In this document: positions 11,860 to 20,793 of the stretch, piece by piece
Layout of the letters: every line of letters starts with the position of its first letter
How positions within the stretch are numbered: the first letter of the stretch is position 1
Assembly: GCA_016214565.1 (NCBI GenBank)
Contig: JACROE010000002.1
Span: 344,007 to 408,006, forward strand
Reading direction: 5' to 3'
Source of the DNA: Candidatus Kerfeldbacteria bacterium
GTDB lineage: Bacteria > Patescibacteriota > Patescibacteriia > UBA10025 > JAHIVO01
Length of the DNA stretch: 64,000 nt
Program-made: the position numbers and the translations under genes
Notes under the pieces: model-generated
Told to the model about the DNA's origin: nothing
What the model saw: the letters and a program-made list of their open reading frames with translations, nothing else
The model's database searches: none

Positions 11860-11936
11860 GGGCGACTAGCTCAGATGGTTAGAGCGCGTCACTGATAATG
11901 ACGAGGTCTCAGGTTCGATTCCTGAGTCGCCCACCA
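11860..11936 (+). tRNA. tRNA-Ile(GAT)
   Basis: Cloverleaf, CTGATAA loop, GGTTCGATT, encoded CCA. Confidence 0.97.
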
Positions 11937-11971
11937 TCATTTCCAATCACACGTGTCCTCATTAAAAAATA

Positions 11972-12072
11972 CCGAGCCTGCCCATGGGCAGGCGAGGAAA
12001 AGGAGAAATGTGTACGAAGGTGGAGTTGCCTGCTGAAAGCGGGAAACGGAACCGGAGTTACCATTTCGACGT
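11972..12072 (+). repeat. tRNA-5'-abutting structured element, copy 1
   Basis: CCGA-hairpin-GAGG-AAAAGGA-GAAATG...GGTGGAGT-hairpin-ACGGAACC...CATTTC-GACGT; homologous to 21650-21750 and 55700-55801. Confidence 0.9.
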
Positions 12073-12122
12073 GCCTGGATAGCTCAGTGGTAGAGCGTCC
12101 GCCTCAGGCGGAGCGTCACCTG
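12073..12122 (+). pseudogene. tRNA 5' fragment (Phe-like D-arm) with hairpin insertion
   Basis: GCCTGGATAGCTCAGTGGTAGAGCG then TCCGCC-TCA-GGCGGA; shares 18 nt with the D-arm of the downstream tRNA-Phe; no T-arm. Confidence 0.7.
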
Positions 12123-12145
12123 TAAAATAGCCTTCTCCTCTCAGC

Positions 12146-12217
12146 GCCGCGGTAGCTCAGTGGTAGAGCGCAGCCCTGAAGAGGCTGGCGTCGTCAGTTC
12201 GATTCTGACCCGCGGCA
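12146..12217 (+). tRNA. tRNA-Phe(GAA), CCA not encoded
   Basis: GCCGCGG/CCGCGGC acceptor, CTGAAGA loop, GTTCGATT. Confidence 0.95.
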
Positions 12218-12304
12218 CTGAGAGGAGAAAGAGCGCCTTCTGCTATCCACGGACAACAAAAGCTCTCCAGGCACCACGCCTTCATCAGTTTCATCACCCG
12301 GCGA

Positions 12305-12673
12305 ATGAAGAAAATATATTACAACAAAGTCATTCGCGATAACATCCCACAGCGGATCGCTGCCGCGGGAGCGGATTACCATGTGCGTACGTTGCCGAAG
12401 AAAATATTTGAACGTGAACTGATTAAAAAAGTTGAAGAAGAGGCGAGTGCATTACCAAAAGCTAAGGATACCGCGGAGTTGGTCAGCGAACTCGCTGACG
12501 TAATGGAAGTCATTGCCGAAATCCAGAAACTTAAAAAAATCCGTTCAACCGATATTACACGGGCGCGCAAGGTAAATATGAAAAAGAAAGGCGGCTTCCG
12601 CAAACGATTATACTTATCCTGGGCAGAAGATAATGGGTACCGCACCAACGAAAAACGAAATGTTAAAAAATAA
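12305..12673 (+). CDS. All-alpha NTP pyrophosphohydrolase (MazG-like)
   Basis: YNKVIRDNIP, KVEEE, ELADVMEV, KKGGF motifs. Confidence 0.85.
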   Translation: MKKIYYNKVIRDNIPQRIAAAGADYHVRTLPKKIFERELIKKVEEEASALPKAKDTAELVSELADVMEVIAEIQKLKKIRSTDITRARKVNMKKKGGFRKRLYLSWAEDNGYRTNEKRNVKK

Positions 12674-12750
12674 CGGGGTGTAGCTCAGTTGGCTAGAGCG
12701 CTTGCTTTGGGAGCAAGAGGCCGCTGGTTCAAGTCCAGTCACCCCGACCA
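12674..12750 (+). tRNA. tRNA-Pro(TGG)
   Basis: CGGGGTG/CACCCCG acceptor, TTTGGGA loop, CCA. Confidence 0.97.
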
Positions 12751-12845
12751 TAACATAATAGTAAGCGCCTCCGACGGTACCGTCGGAGGAGGCCGCTGGT
12801 TTCCGGCAAAGCCGAGATCTCGTCGTCCAAAATAAATCCGCCATC

Positions 12846-13643
12846 ATGAAACATACAATAGCCATCATTGGATGCGGAGAAATGGGTGAGCAAATTCTTG
12901 CTCGTCTTATCCAGAGCTATACTCCGGATGCTATTGTGATTACCCGAAAAAATAAAATACGGGGTGAAGCAATTGCTCAAAAGTATGGCGTCACATACTC
13001 GAGTTCAAACAGCACGGCGGTAACTAATGCCCAGATTATTTTTTTATGTATTAAGCCTCAGGATTTCAAGGGTGTCCTCCTAGAAATTGCCCCCCATGTT
13101 GCTGCACCCATAATTATTAGCATTGCCGCAGCCATCTCTCAATCATACATCATGAGTCAAATACCAAGGGCGGTGGTACTCCGATATATGCCGTCTCCAT
13201 TGATTGCTGAGCGAAAAGGGGTGGCGTTACTGGTGCGCGATAAACAGAATGGACAAAGAACAAAACAAATCATCTCACAACTCAACGCTTGGTCATCAAT
13301 GCTTCAAACCATTCCTGATAAAGATATGCATATCTACACCGTGCTTGCGTCATGCGGCAGCGCCTTCGTGGCAGCGTTACTACTTAAAATTTTTGCCGTC
13401 ATTGGAGATTCCCCCACACATAAAAAAATCCTGACAAAAGTAATTAATGACACGATTATATCTCTGGTAAAGAAGCCGACCGTTCAATGGAGAAAAATGG
13501 TCGCACACGCTTCTACCCCCGGAGGGGTCACTGCTAAAGGGATTCAAGTAATTAATAGCAAAGCGACGACGTTCCTCATCAAAAAGGTTATCCGAAATGC
13601 AGTGCGGCAATCCCAACGAATTCAAAAAAAATCCGAACAATAA
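12846..13643 (+). CDS. proC: Pyrroline-5-carboxylate reductase family
   Basis: IIGCGEMG Rossmann motif, IKPQ, ISIAAA, RYMP, STPGGVT. Confidence 0.85.
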   Translation: MKHTIAIIGCGEMGEQILARLIQSYTPDAIVITRKNKIRGEAIAQKYGVTYSSSNSTAVTNAQIIFLCIKPQDFKGVLLEIAPHVAAPIIISIAAAISQSYIMSQIPRAVVLRYMPSPLIAERKGVALLVRDKQNGQRTKQIISQLNAWSSMLQTIPDKDMHIYTVLASCGSAFVAALLLKIFAVIGDSPTHKKILTKVINDTIISLVKKPTVQWRKMVAHASTPGGVTAKGIQVINSKATTFLIKKVIRNAVRQSQRIQKKSEQ

Positions 13644-13656
13644 TTAACAAACTCAT

Positions 13657-14013
13657 ATGACCGACCAACTCACCACGAAACGGTGCATCCCGTGTGAAGG
13701 CGGTATCCCGCCCCTCAACGACGCAGAAATAAAGAAACTCATGCCACAGGTGCCTGGCTGGTCTGTCACCATGACCAAACAGAAATCGCGGGACGTCCAG
13801 GCGCTGACCAAAGAATTCACCTTCAACAATTTCCGGGCAGCCATGGCTTTCCTGCGCCAGGTGGAGGAACTTGCTGAATCCGAAGGCCATCATCCTGATT
13901 TCTCAGTGCATTACAATCGCGTCGTTTTTATCATCTGGACTCATGCTATTCGTGGGCTGCATGAGAATGACTTCATCCTGGCCGCCAAGATTGATCAGCT
14001 TATTACTGGGTAA
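13657..14013 (+). CDS. Pterin-4-alpha-carbinolamine dehydratase
   Basis: CIPCEGG, AESEGHHPD, WTHAIRGLHENDFILAAKID. Confidence 0.93.
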   Translation: MTDQLTTKRCIPCEGGIPPLNDAEIKKLMPQVPGWSVTMTKQKSRDVQALTKEFTFNNFRAAMAFLRQVEELAESEGHHPDFSVHYNRVVFIIWTHAIRGLHENDFILAAKIDQLITG

Positions 14014-14124
14014 AACCACCCAAATAGCCCAAATTCGGCTATCCACAATTCATCCAAAGCCCCAAAAAAGGCCCCCCTTGACTAATAGGGGGTCTTCCGG
14101 TATACTGGTTTTTCAAATACTTTT

Positions 14125-15798
14125 ATGAAAGTAACAAGCGAACCTGCTGAAGGAGACCCTTCGCATAGTAGCCAGTCAGAAACGCTCGACTCGCTGAAAG
14201 CAGCAGTCATGCAGAAAAGCCCGATCTTGGCTGAAATAGTCCAGGAGCACGGCAATAAAAACTTACGATCCTACACGCGTAATTTCTTGGAGTTTTCGGG
14301 GATGCCCCAGCTGGACGCACGTCGCTCCGAGCTGATTTCAGTTACCCGTGAGTTGGTTGGACAACGCCTCGGTGACTCAGTCGGCGAAGCAGTGGCACAA
14401 CAATTACGTGACTACCCACTGGTATCAACCACTGACCATCATGGTCCGATTGACCATCCTTTTTTCGTGAATGCAAATCTGATTGGTGCGCTTTCCTATG
14501 ACCGCGAGCGAGACGCTACATTAAATCATCTGGTAGTCTTTTCATTTGCCTCGGTATCAGTCAATAACGCCTCAGCCTATCCCCGTGGACTGTTGGTCCA
14601 TGGTGGCATGAATGGCTCAGGCAACCTCTTACGTATTCCAATTTTACCTGATAAAGAAAAGATGGGCGTGGTCTGGAAAACACGCGCCTATACTGCCGCT
14701 GATATTGCTCGAGCGCATCAGCTATTGGATAAAAAACTCCAATCAAACGATATCATGCCCGAACGGCATACAGCTGTAAAAAAAGTTGTTGATGATTTCT
14801 TTGCCGACTCCGAAGTATTGTCAGAACCGGATCTCAATGCGCAGATTACCCAACTCAATTATAAACTCTGGCCACAATTGTTCCGCAATGAACATCAATC
14901 AACCTCAGCCACACCTGATCTTGTCTATTTAGAAATCGAAACGCTCGTGACGGAATTACTCACCCGCTTCCATTTCAATAATCCCGAATCCCCACTCTAC
15001 CGACTCTTATTTGAAAAATCTGATCGTGATGCCGCTCTCGAACACTGTGACGGTATCCCGGGTGGATTTAATAATGCCCAAGCGACGGGTACGCATTTCT
15101 TCTGGGCCTTGAATGACCGCGCTCATCGAAAACGTATGGCACTGGAAGGTGATACCTTACACGCCGCGGACATGGATCTGCATGTACCGCTCACCCCAGA
15201 AGCAATTACTGAAGGATTGCGCACCAAACAACTGATGCCCAGCATGTTACTGTGTTACCAAGTAGTTGCATTGTACTATGGCATGAAATGTCTCGGTGGA
15301 TTCTCCCAGGTCTCTGACCTCACCCGCACCAAAGCCGCCTGGATCAAAGTACTTGAGAATGCCGGATTGGCAAATGAGGCGGCTCAGGCTGCCACTATCC
15401 CCACCGCCACCTATGGCGGCGACGGATTAGTGCTCGCCTATCTCCAAACCATCAGCGGCTCGCTGGTTCCGGCCACAGGTATCGACATGCTGCTTGGTGA
15501 AGGCACCGCCAGCTTAGAACATTTCCGAGCACTGGCGGAAAAGGTGACACTCAATGAAATGCTGTATGCTATGCTTCCCGAAATCTATTCCGTCTTCTAC
15601 ACTGCCGAGCAGCGTGATGCCGCACTCCAGGCGATTACGCCTGAGCAAATCCTGGAGCAGACCGGCCTCCGTGCCAAATTAACTCTGGGCGCTCAGACGA
15701 TGCGAACGGCACCAGCTACCGCAACGATTGAAGTGCCAATACGCAATGCAGTGCCAGCAAAAACATCTCCTTTGCCACAAGTAGAAACCACGTCTTGA
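14125..15798 (+). CDS. Hypothetical protein (557 aa)
   Basis: Long ORF with own promoter; no family recognised with certainty. Confidence 0.85.
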   Translation: MKVTSEPAEGDPSHSSQSETLDSLKAAVMQKSPILAEIVQEHGNKNLRSYTRNFLEFSGMPQLDARRSELISVTRELVGQRLGDSVGEAVAQQLRDYPLVSTTDHHGPIDHPFFVNANLIGALSYDRERDATLNHLVVFSFASVSVNNASAYPRGLLVHGGMNGSGNLLRIPILPDKEKMGVVWKTRAYTAADIARAHQLLDKKLQSNDIMPERHTAVKKVVDDFFADSEVLSEPDLNAQITQLNYKLWPQLFRNEHQSTSATPDLVYLEIETLVTELLTRFHFNNPESPLYRLLFEKSDRDAALEHCDGIPGGFNNAQATGTHFFWALNDRAHRKRMALEGDTLHAADMDLHVPLTPEAITEGLRTKQLMPSMLLCYQVVALYYGMKCLGGFSQVSDLTRTKAAWIKVLENAGLANEAAQAATIPTATYGGDGLVLAYLQTISGSLVPATGIDMLLGEGTASLEHFRALAEKVTLNEMLYAMLPEIYSVFYTAEQRDAALQAITPEQILEQTGLRAKLTLGAQTMRTAPATATIEVPIRNAVPAKTSPLPQVETTS

Positions 15799-15841
15799 CG
15801 CCAGTGGTTTTTCGCCGTACAGTACAGCATACGGAAAACGT

Positions 15842-16168
15842 ATGACTGGCAATTTTTACCAACGCGTCTATCAGATCGTTCCACAAATTCCGAAAGGGAA
15901 GGTGGCCACCTACGGCCAGATCGCGGGCCTGATCGGCTCGCCCCGCGCCGCCCGTATGGTTGGTTGGGCACTGCATGCGATCGATACGACAGGATTGGAT
16001 GCACTACCCTGGCAACGAGTGATCAATCGCGAAGGCCGGATCAGTACCACCTGTGAGACGCACGACTGCCACGAGCAAGCAGCGCTACTGAAAAAAGATG
16101 GTGTCGCGGTAACCAAGCGCCAAGGCAACTATTACATTGACCTGAACCAATATCTCTGGGATCCTTAA
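15842..16168 (+). CDS. Alkyltransferase-like (ATL/MGMT family) DNA-binding protein
   Basis: IPKGKVATYGQIA, ARMVGWAL, PWQRV (Trp replaces the catalytic Cys). Confidence 0.92.
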   Translation: MTGNFYQRVYQIVPQIPKGKVATYGQIAGLIGSPRAARMVGWALHAIDTTGLDALPWQRVINREGRISTTCETHDCHEQAALLKKDGVAVTKRQGNYYIDLNQYLWDP

Positions 16169-16174
16169 CAACAT

Positions 16175-16272
16175 CCCTGCATGCCGAGCTTCGGATTTAT
16201 TCCGAGCGAGGCATACAACTAAAGGGAAAAAGAGTAATGAGGAATAACCGTAGGTGTTTCCTCATAACACGT
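16175..16272 (+). repeat. tRNA-5'-abutting structured element, divergent copy 4
   Basis: CCGA-hairpin-GAGG, then GGGAAAAAGAG-TAATGAGGAA...TTCCTCAT-AAC-ACGT directly before tRNA-Gly. Confidence 0.6.
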
Positions 16273-16346
16273 GCGGGTATGGTATAGCGGTATTACCTCA
16301 GCTTTCCAAGCTGATGAGAGGGGTTCGACTCCCCTTACCCGCTCCA
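16273..16346 (+). tRNA. tRNA-Gly(TCC)
   Basis: GCGGGTA/TACCCGC acceptor, TTTCCAA loop, CCA. Confidence 0.96.
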
Positions 16347-16362
16347 ACAAAAAACAAGGCAA

Positions 16363-17457
16363 TCAAGCCTTGTTTTTTGATTCCCCAATTAATATTTCTA
16401 TCCAATGTTCCAGTGAATCGGCGAATGCTTCCAGTGAGTACCGTTTTATCGCGGCGGGGATATGTTGTCGATCTAGTTGCATGGCTTCTCTGACTGCTCG
16501 GACAAAAGTTGGCACCTCGGCATCCATACTTACTAAACGACCGACTGAGGGGGTAATTACATCAGATATTCCACCCGCCGGAGTTCCCACCACGGGCGTA
16601 CCGCATGCCAGAGACGCCATGACCGTACCGGGAATACCTTCCGGGGATAGATAAGGTGCGAGCATAACGCTAGCACTGCCGATCACCTGAGCAAATGCCC
16701 GATCAGGTAAAAATCCGTGATAAGACCACTGTAATTGAGGATACGGCTCAACACACTGCATAAAGTATTCAGGATCTTGTTTCCTGCCACAAATATCCAA
16801 TGGCAGGGCAAGACGATGGGCGACCGCCGTTGCTATATGAAGCCCCTTTTCTCTATAAATCCGAGCTGCCCATATCAGCCGTCGCTGAGGATTCAGTGAA
16901 GGCCGAAATATTGCAGTATCCACGGTAGTACCAATAGGAAAAATAGTCGGATGGGTAACTTGGGGATAGCTGGCCGCCTGTGACTTACTTAAAAACGCAA
17001 TCTGATCAGGGGAGCGCCGATAAGCAGCTCGCAATGCCCGATCAATACTGTGGTTTTGCGACCCCACCGTAACAATATGGCCGACGGGAGTGGTAAAATG
17101 AACCGAGGCTTGATATGCGGGGATGTCATATTGTAGGCCAATGATGCAATCAAACCGATTCTGGACCAAGCGCGCGGCTTCCCACATTGCCACCACGGCA
17201 TTTCCCGATGGATACATCGGCTCTGTCTGACGCGATATCTTGGTGGCGTCAAATGGTGGCGTTCCGGCCACGGTTATAATCGTGGCGTCAATTCCAGTAC
17301 TCCCCGGGAGTGCCATAACCGTAATGTGATACCTTCGCTTGCCTAATGCACGTATCATGTCTCGAATCCGGCGCTCCACACCTCCATTTTCACCAGATCC
17401 AATTGGACCAAGCGCTGGCGCAATCAACAAAATGCGTTTTTTCTGAAGTGAAGTCAT
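16363..17457 (-). CDS. Glycosyltransferase family 4 (GT-B)
   Basis: GGVER, ARIYREKGLH, SLACGTPVVG motifs. Confidence 0.88.
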   Translation of the reverse strand: MTSLQKKRILLIAPALGPIGSGENGGVERRIRDMIRALGKRRYHITVMALPGSTGIDATIITVAGTPPFDATKISRQTEPMYPSGNAVVAMWEAARLVQNRFDCIIGLQYDIPAYQASVHFTTPVGHIVTVGSQNHSIDRALRAAYRRSPDQIAFLSKSQAASYPQVTHPTIFPIGTTVDTAIFRPSLNPQRRLIWAARIYREKGLHIATAVAHRLALPLDICGRKQDPEYFMQCVEPYPQLQWSYHGFLPDRAFAQVIGSASVMLAPYLSPEGIPGTVMASLACGTPVVGTPAGGISDVITPSVGRLVSMDAEVPTFVRAVREAMQLDRQHIPAAIKRYSLEAFADSLEHWIEILIGESKNKA

Positions 17458-17629
17458 ACCCTCATCCTACTCCAGCGTCGTAAAATCGTACAATCATGCA
17501 TTTTGACGAACCTGTCCACATAATGCAAATCATTATCGGCGATCCAGGAACAGAGCTATGTGCTACAATGGGTAGTACGGAAAACGATTTGCTCTTACCT
17601 TAGCACCGGAAAAGGTCAAGACTTGATCA

Positions 17630-17678
17630 AAACTACATATAGTGGTATCATTACCTCTAGCGACACTACATCTTGTGT
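17630..17678 (+). promoter_or_regulatory. Tandem NrdR boxes overlapping the nrdD promoter
   Basis: AAACTACATATAGTGG (17630) and ACACTACATCTTGTGT (17663) fit acaCwAtATaTwGtgt; TTGATC-17-TATCAT promoter overlaps box 1. Confidence 0.82.
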
Positions 17679-17741
17679 GCATAGGCTTGATTCGTGCCGC
17701 TGCAAATTTTACATCAATAAATACTAACAAAAATCATCACT

Positions 17742-19889
17742 ATGTTTACCAAGATACGTAAGCGGGATGGACGCGTCGTCGCCTTTGATCCCGAGCGAAT
17801 TGTGAACGCCATAACCAAAGCAGGCCAAGTAACTGGCGAATTCGACCGCGAGGTAGCGAAACATCTCACCTTACGCGTCTTAAGCGTGGCTGATCAAGTC
17901 ATCAACGGTGATGGCATCCCATCGGTTGAACAGATTCAGGACATTGTTGAAGAAACACTACTCTCCTCAATGTACAAAAAAACAGCCAAAGCCTATATCA
18001 TCTACCGAGAGCAACATTCTAAAATGCGCGAAATTGCCGACACCGCCCACGTCAATCTGGTTGACCAATACCTAGATGAACTCGACTGGCAGGTGAATGA
18101 GAATAGTAACATGTCCTTCTCCTTACAGGGACTCAATAATTACATCTCGTCGGAAATTAGCAAAATTTATTGGCTGAACAAAATTTACCCCAAAGAAGTG
18201 CGTGATGCGCATACCAGTGGCGATTTTCACATGCATGATTTGAATATTTTATCGGTTTATTGTGTCGGCTGGGATCTCTACGACCTGATGAGCCAGGGTT
18301 TCCGTGGTGTCGCCGGAAAAATTGAAAGCAAAGCACCAAAGCATCTTCGTTCTGCCATGGGGCAAGTCGTAAATTTCTTCTACACCCTGCAGGGTGAAGC
18401 AGCTGGCGCTCAAGCGTTTTCAAATTTCGATACCTTACTCGCCCCGTTCATCCGCTATGACAAGCTGACCTATAAGGAAGTAAAGCAAGTCATTCAGGAA
18501 TTCCTTTTCAATATCAATGTCCCAACCCGCGTCGGCTTCCAAACACCTTTCACCAATATCACTCTGGACTTCACCGTACCCTCGACCTTTGCGGAGCAAC
18601 CAGTGATCATTGGCGGGGTACCGCAGAAAGAGCAATACAAAGATTTCCAAAAAGAAATGGACATCTTCAATAAAGCGCTGCTCGAAGTTATGCTCGAGGG
18701 TGACGCCAAAGGCCGCGTCTTCACCTTCCCCATCCCGACCTACAATATCACTAAAGACTTTGACTGGGAGAGCCCGATTGCCGATCTGCTCTGGAAAATT
18801 TCCGGCAAGTACGGCATTCCCTATTTCTCCAACTTCATCAATTCAGACATGAGCCCAGAGGACGCTCGCTCCATGTGCTGCCGCTTGCGCCTCGATAATC
18901 GCCAACTGGAAAAACGCGGCGGCGGACTCTTTGGTGCGCACCCCCTCACCGGTTCAATTGGTGTCGTCACGATAAATCTGCCGCGCCTGGGCTTCACCTC
19001 GCGGAATGAAGAAGAATTCATCACCAACCTTGAGCGGTTGATGGATATTGCCAAGAACAGCCTAGAAATCAAGCGAAAAATCCTCGAACGCTTCACGGAA
19101 AAAGGCCTCTACCCGTATACCAAATACTACCTGCGCCACATGCGTGAACGATTTAATGAATACTGGAAAAACCACTTCTCTACCATCGGCCTCGTCGGCA
19201 TGAACGAAGCGGCGGTCAATCTGTTGGGCAAAGATATCGGCACCGAAGAAGGGCACGCTTTTGCCGAACGAATTCTCTCCTTCATGCGCGACCGATTGGT
19301 TTCCTACCAGAAAGAAACGGGAAACAACTACAACCTTGAGGCTACCCCAGCCGAAGGCACCTCCTACCGATTGGCGAAAAAGGATAAAGAAAAATATCCA
19401 ACCATCATCGCGGCGAATGAGGCAGACTATCAGAATAACGCCGAACCATTCTATACCAATTCGACTCATTTACCAGTCAATTACACACACGACATGTTTG
19501 AGGTGCTCGACCTGCAGGACTCACTGCAAACCAAATACACCGGCGGTACCGTCATCCACCTCTTCCTGGGCGAACAAATCACTGATGGAAATGCCGTGAA
19601 ATCAATGGTGAAGAAAATCTGCGAAACCTATCGACTACCCTATTTTACCTTTACCCCTACCTTCAGCGTCTGTCCCACCCATGGATACTTAAGTGGTGAA
19701 CATCCTACCTGCCCTTCCTGCACCGCTCAATGTGAAGTGTACTCCCGTGTGGTTGGCTATCTCCGACCAGTTCAACAGTGGAACAAAGGCAAGAAAGAGG
19801 AGTTTAAGAACCGAACTATGATCCAGCCAGCGGTAGCGCCGCAAGTAAAAACCCCAACGGCTAAAGTACCGGTGACGGCCAACAGTTAA
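17742..19889 (+). CDS. nrdD: Anaerobic (class III) ribonucleoside-triphosphate reductase with ATP cone
   Basis: IRKRDGR ATP cone, SMCCRL, EATPAEG, YSRVVGYLRPV glycyl-radical loop. Confidence 0.97.
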   Translation: MFTKIRKRDGRVVAFDPERIVNAITKAGQVTGEFDREVAKHLTLRVLSVADQVINGDGIPSVEQIQDIVEETLLSSMYKKTAKAYIIYREQHSKMREIADTAHVNLVDQYLDELDWQVNENSNMSFSLQGLNNYISSEISKIYWLNKIYPKEVRDAHTSGDFHMHDLNILSVYCVGWDLYDLMSQGFRGVAGKIESKAPKHLRSAMGQVVNFFYTLQGEAAGAQAFSNFDTLLAPFIRYDKLTYKEVKQVIQEFLFNINVPTRVGFQTPFTNITLDFTVPSTFAEQPVIIGGVPQKEQYKDFQKEMDIFNKALLEVMLEGDAKGRVFTFPIPTYNITKDFDWESPIADLLWKISGKYGIPYFSNFINSDMSPEDARSMCCRLRLDNRQLEKRGGGLFGAHPLTGSIGVVTINLPRLGFTSRNEEEFITNLERLMDIAKNSLEIKRKILERFTEKGLYPYTKYYLRHMRERFNEYWKNHFSTIGLVGMNEAAVNLLGKDIGTEEGHAFAERILSFMRDRLVSYQKETGNNYNLEATPAEGTSYRLAKKDKEKYPTIIAANEADYQNNAEPFYTNSTHLPVNYTHDMFEVLDLQDSLQTKYTGGTVIHLFLGEQITDGNAVKSMVKKICETYRLPYFTFTPTFSVCPTHGYLSGEHPTCPSCTAQCEVYSRVVGYLRPVQQWNKGKKEEFKNRTMIQPAVAPQVKTPTAKVPVTANS

Positions 19890-19902
19890 TCGTCCGACTG
19901 CC

Positions 19903-20592
19903 ATGCGCATCGGCGGACTCCAAAAATTTTCGATGATTGATTACCCCGGTTTGGTGAGCGCGATTGTGTTCACCACCGGGTGTAATTTTCGTTGCGGATA
20001 TTGTCACAATCCTGAACTAGTAAAACCAGAGTATTTTCTCCCGCCCATCCCCGTGGAAGATATTTTAGAATTTCTTCGGGCACGTCAGGGCAAACTGGAG
20101 GCCGTGGTTATAACCGGTGGCGAGCCAACTGTTCATCCCGACTTACCGCAATTCATTGGCGCCATCAAAGCGCTGGGATACAAAATCAAGCTGGACTCCC
20201 AGGGCACCAACCCCGCCATGCTCGACTCACTCATTCAGGATCGATTGATTGACTATATAGCCATGGATATTAAGGGTCCCCTTAATCGATATGCAGAAAT
20301 TACCAATATGCCGGTTAATCCGGCTGATATCCAAGAAAGTATCCGCTTGATTATGGCGTCAGGGTTGCCCTATGAATTCCGCACCACCATTGTCCGCGAA
20401 CAGCTTGGTACCGCAGACTTTCGATCAATGGCTCAGCTTATCCGCGGAGCAGAAAAATATTACTTACAAAAATTTATCCCAACTAAGGCTAACGACAGCT
20501 CATTTTTAAACAAGCACCCGTATACCGACGATGAATTACGGGAAATTATGAAAATATTCTCTCAGACCGTCGAGACCGTGGGTATCCGGTAG
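19903..20592 (+). CDS. nrdG: Anaerobic RNR activating radical SAM protein
   Basis: CNFRCGYCHN, ITGGEPT; follows nrdD. Confidence 0.93.
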   Translation: MRIGGLQKFSMIDYPGLVSAIVFTTGCNFRCGYCHNPELVKPEYFLPPIPVEDILEFLRARQGKLEAVVITGGEPTVHPDLPQFIGAIKALGYKIKLDSQGTNPAMLDSLIQDRLIDYIAMDIKGPLNRYAEITNMPVNPADIQESIRLIMASGLPYEFRTTIVREQLGTADFRSMAQLIRGAEKYYLQKFIPTKANDSSFLNKHPYTDDELREIMKIFSQTVETVGIR

Positions 20593-20793
20593 GGCACCCC
20601 CTGGATCAATGCGCGGACCCCTCGAGGGGCTTGACCAAATTAATAGTCCGTGCTAATCTGATTGACTCCAAAATCTGCACCCTACATGATAGGGTGTTTT
20701 TTGGTAAAAAAAATAACTAAAATTAGCCAAAAACCATAGTAATATAATCAATTAATGGCTAATTTTAGCGAATTTATAAATTAATGTTTTTCT

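Noticed and set aside
11972-12072. T-box riboswitch or hammerhead/HDV-like ribozyme
   Set aside because: AAGGTGGA is T-box-like, but there is no antiterminator or terminator and the element is too short; no CUGAnGA hammerhead core; tRNA-linked theta ribozymes lie 3' of tRNAs
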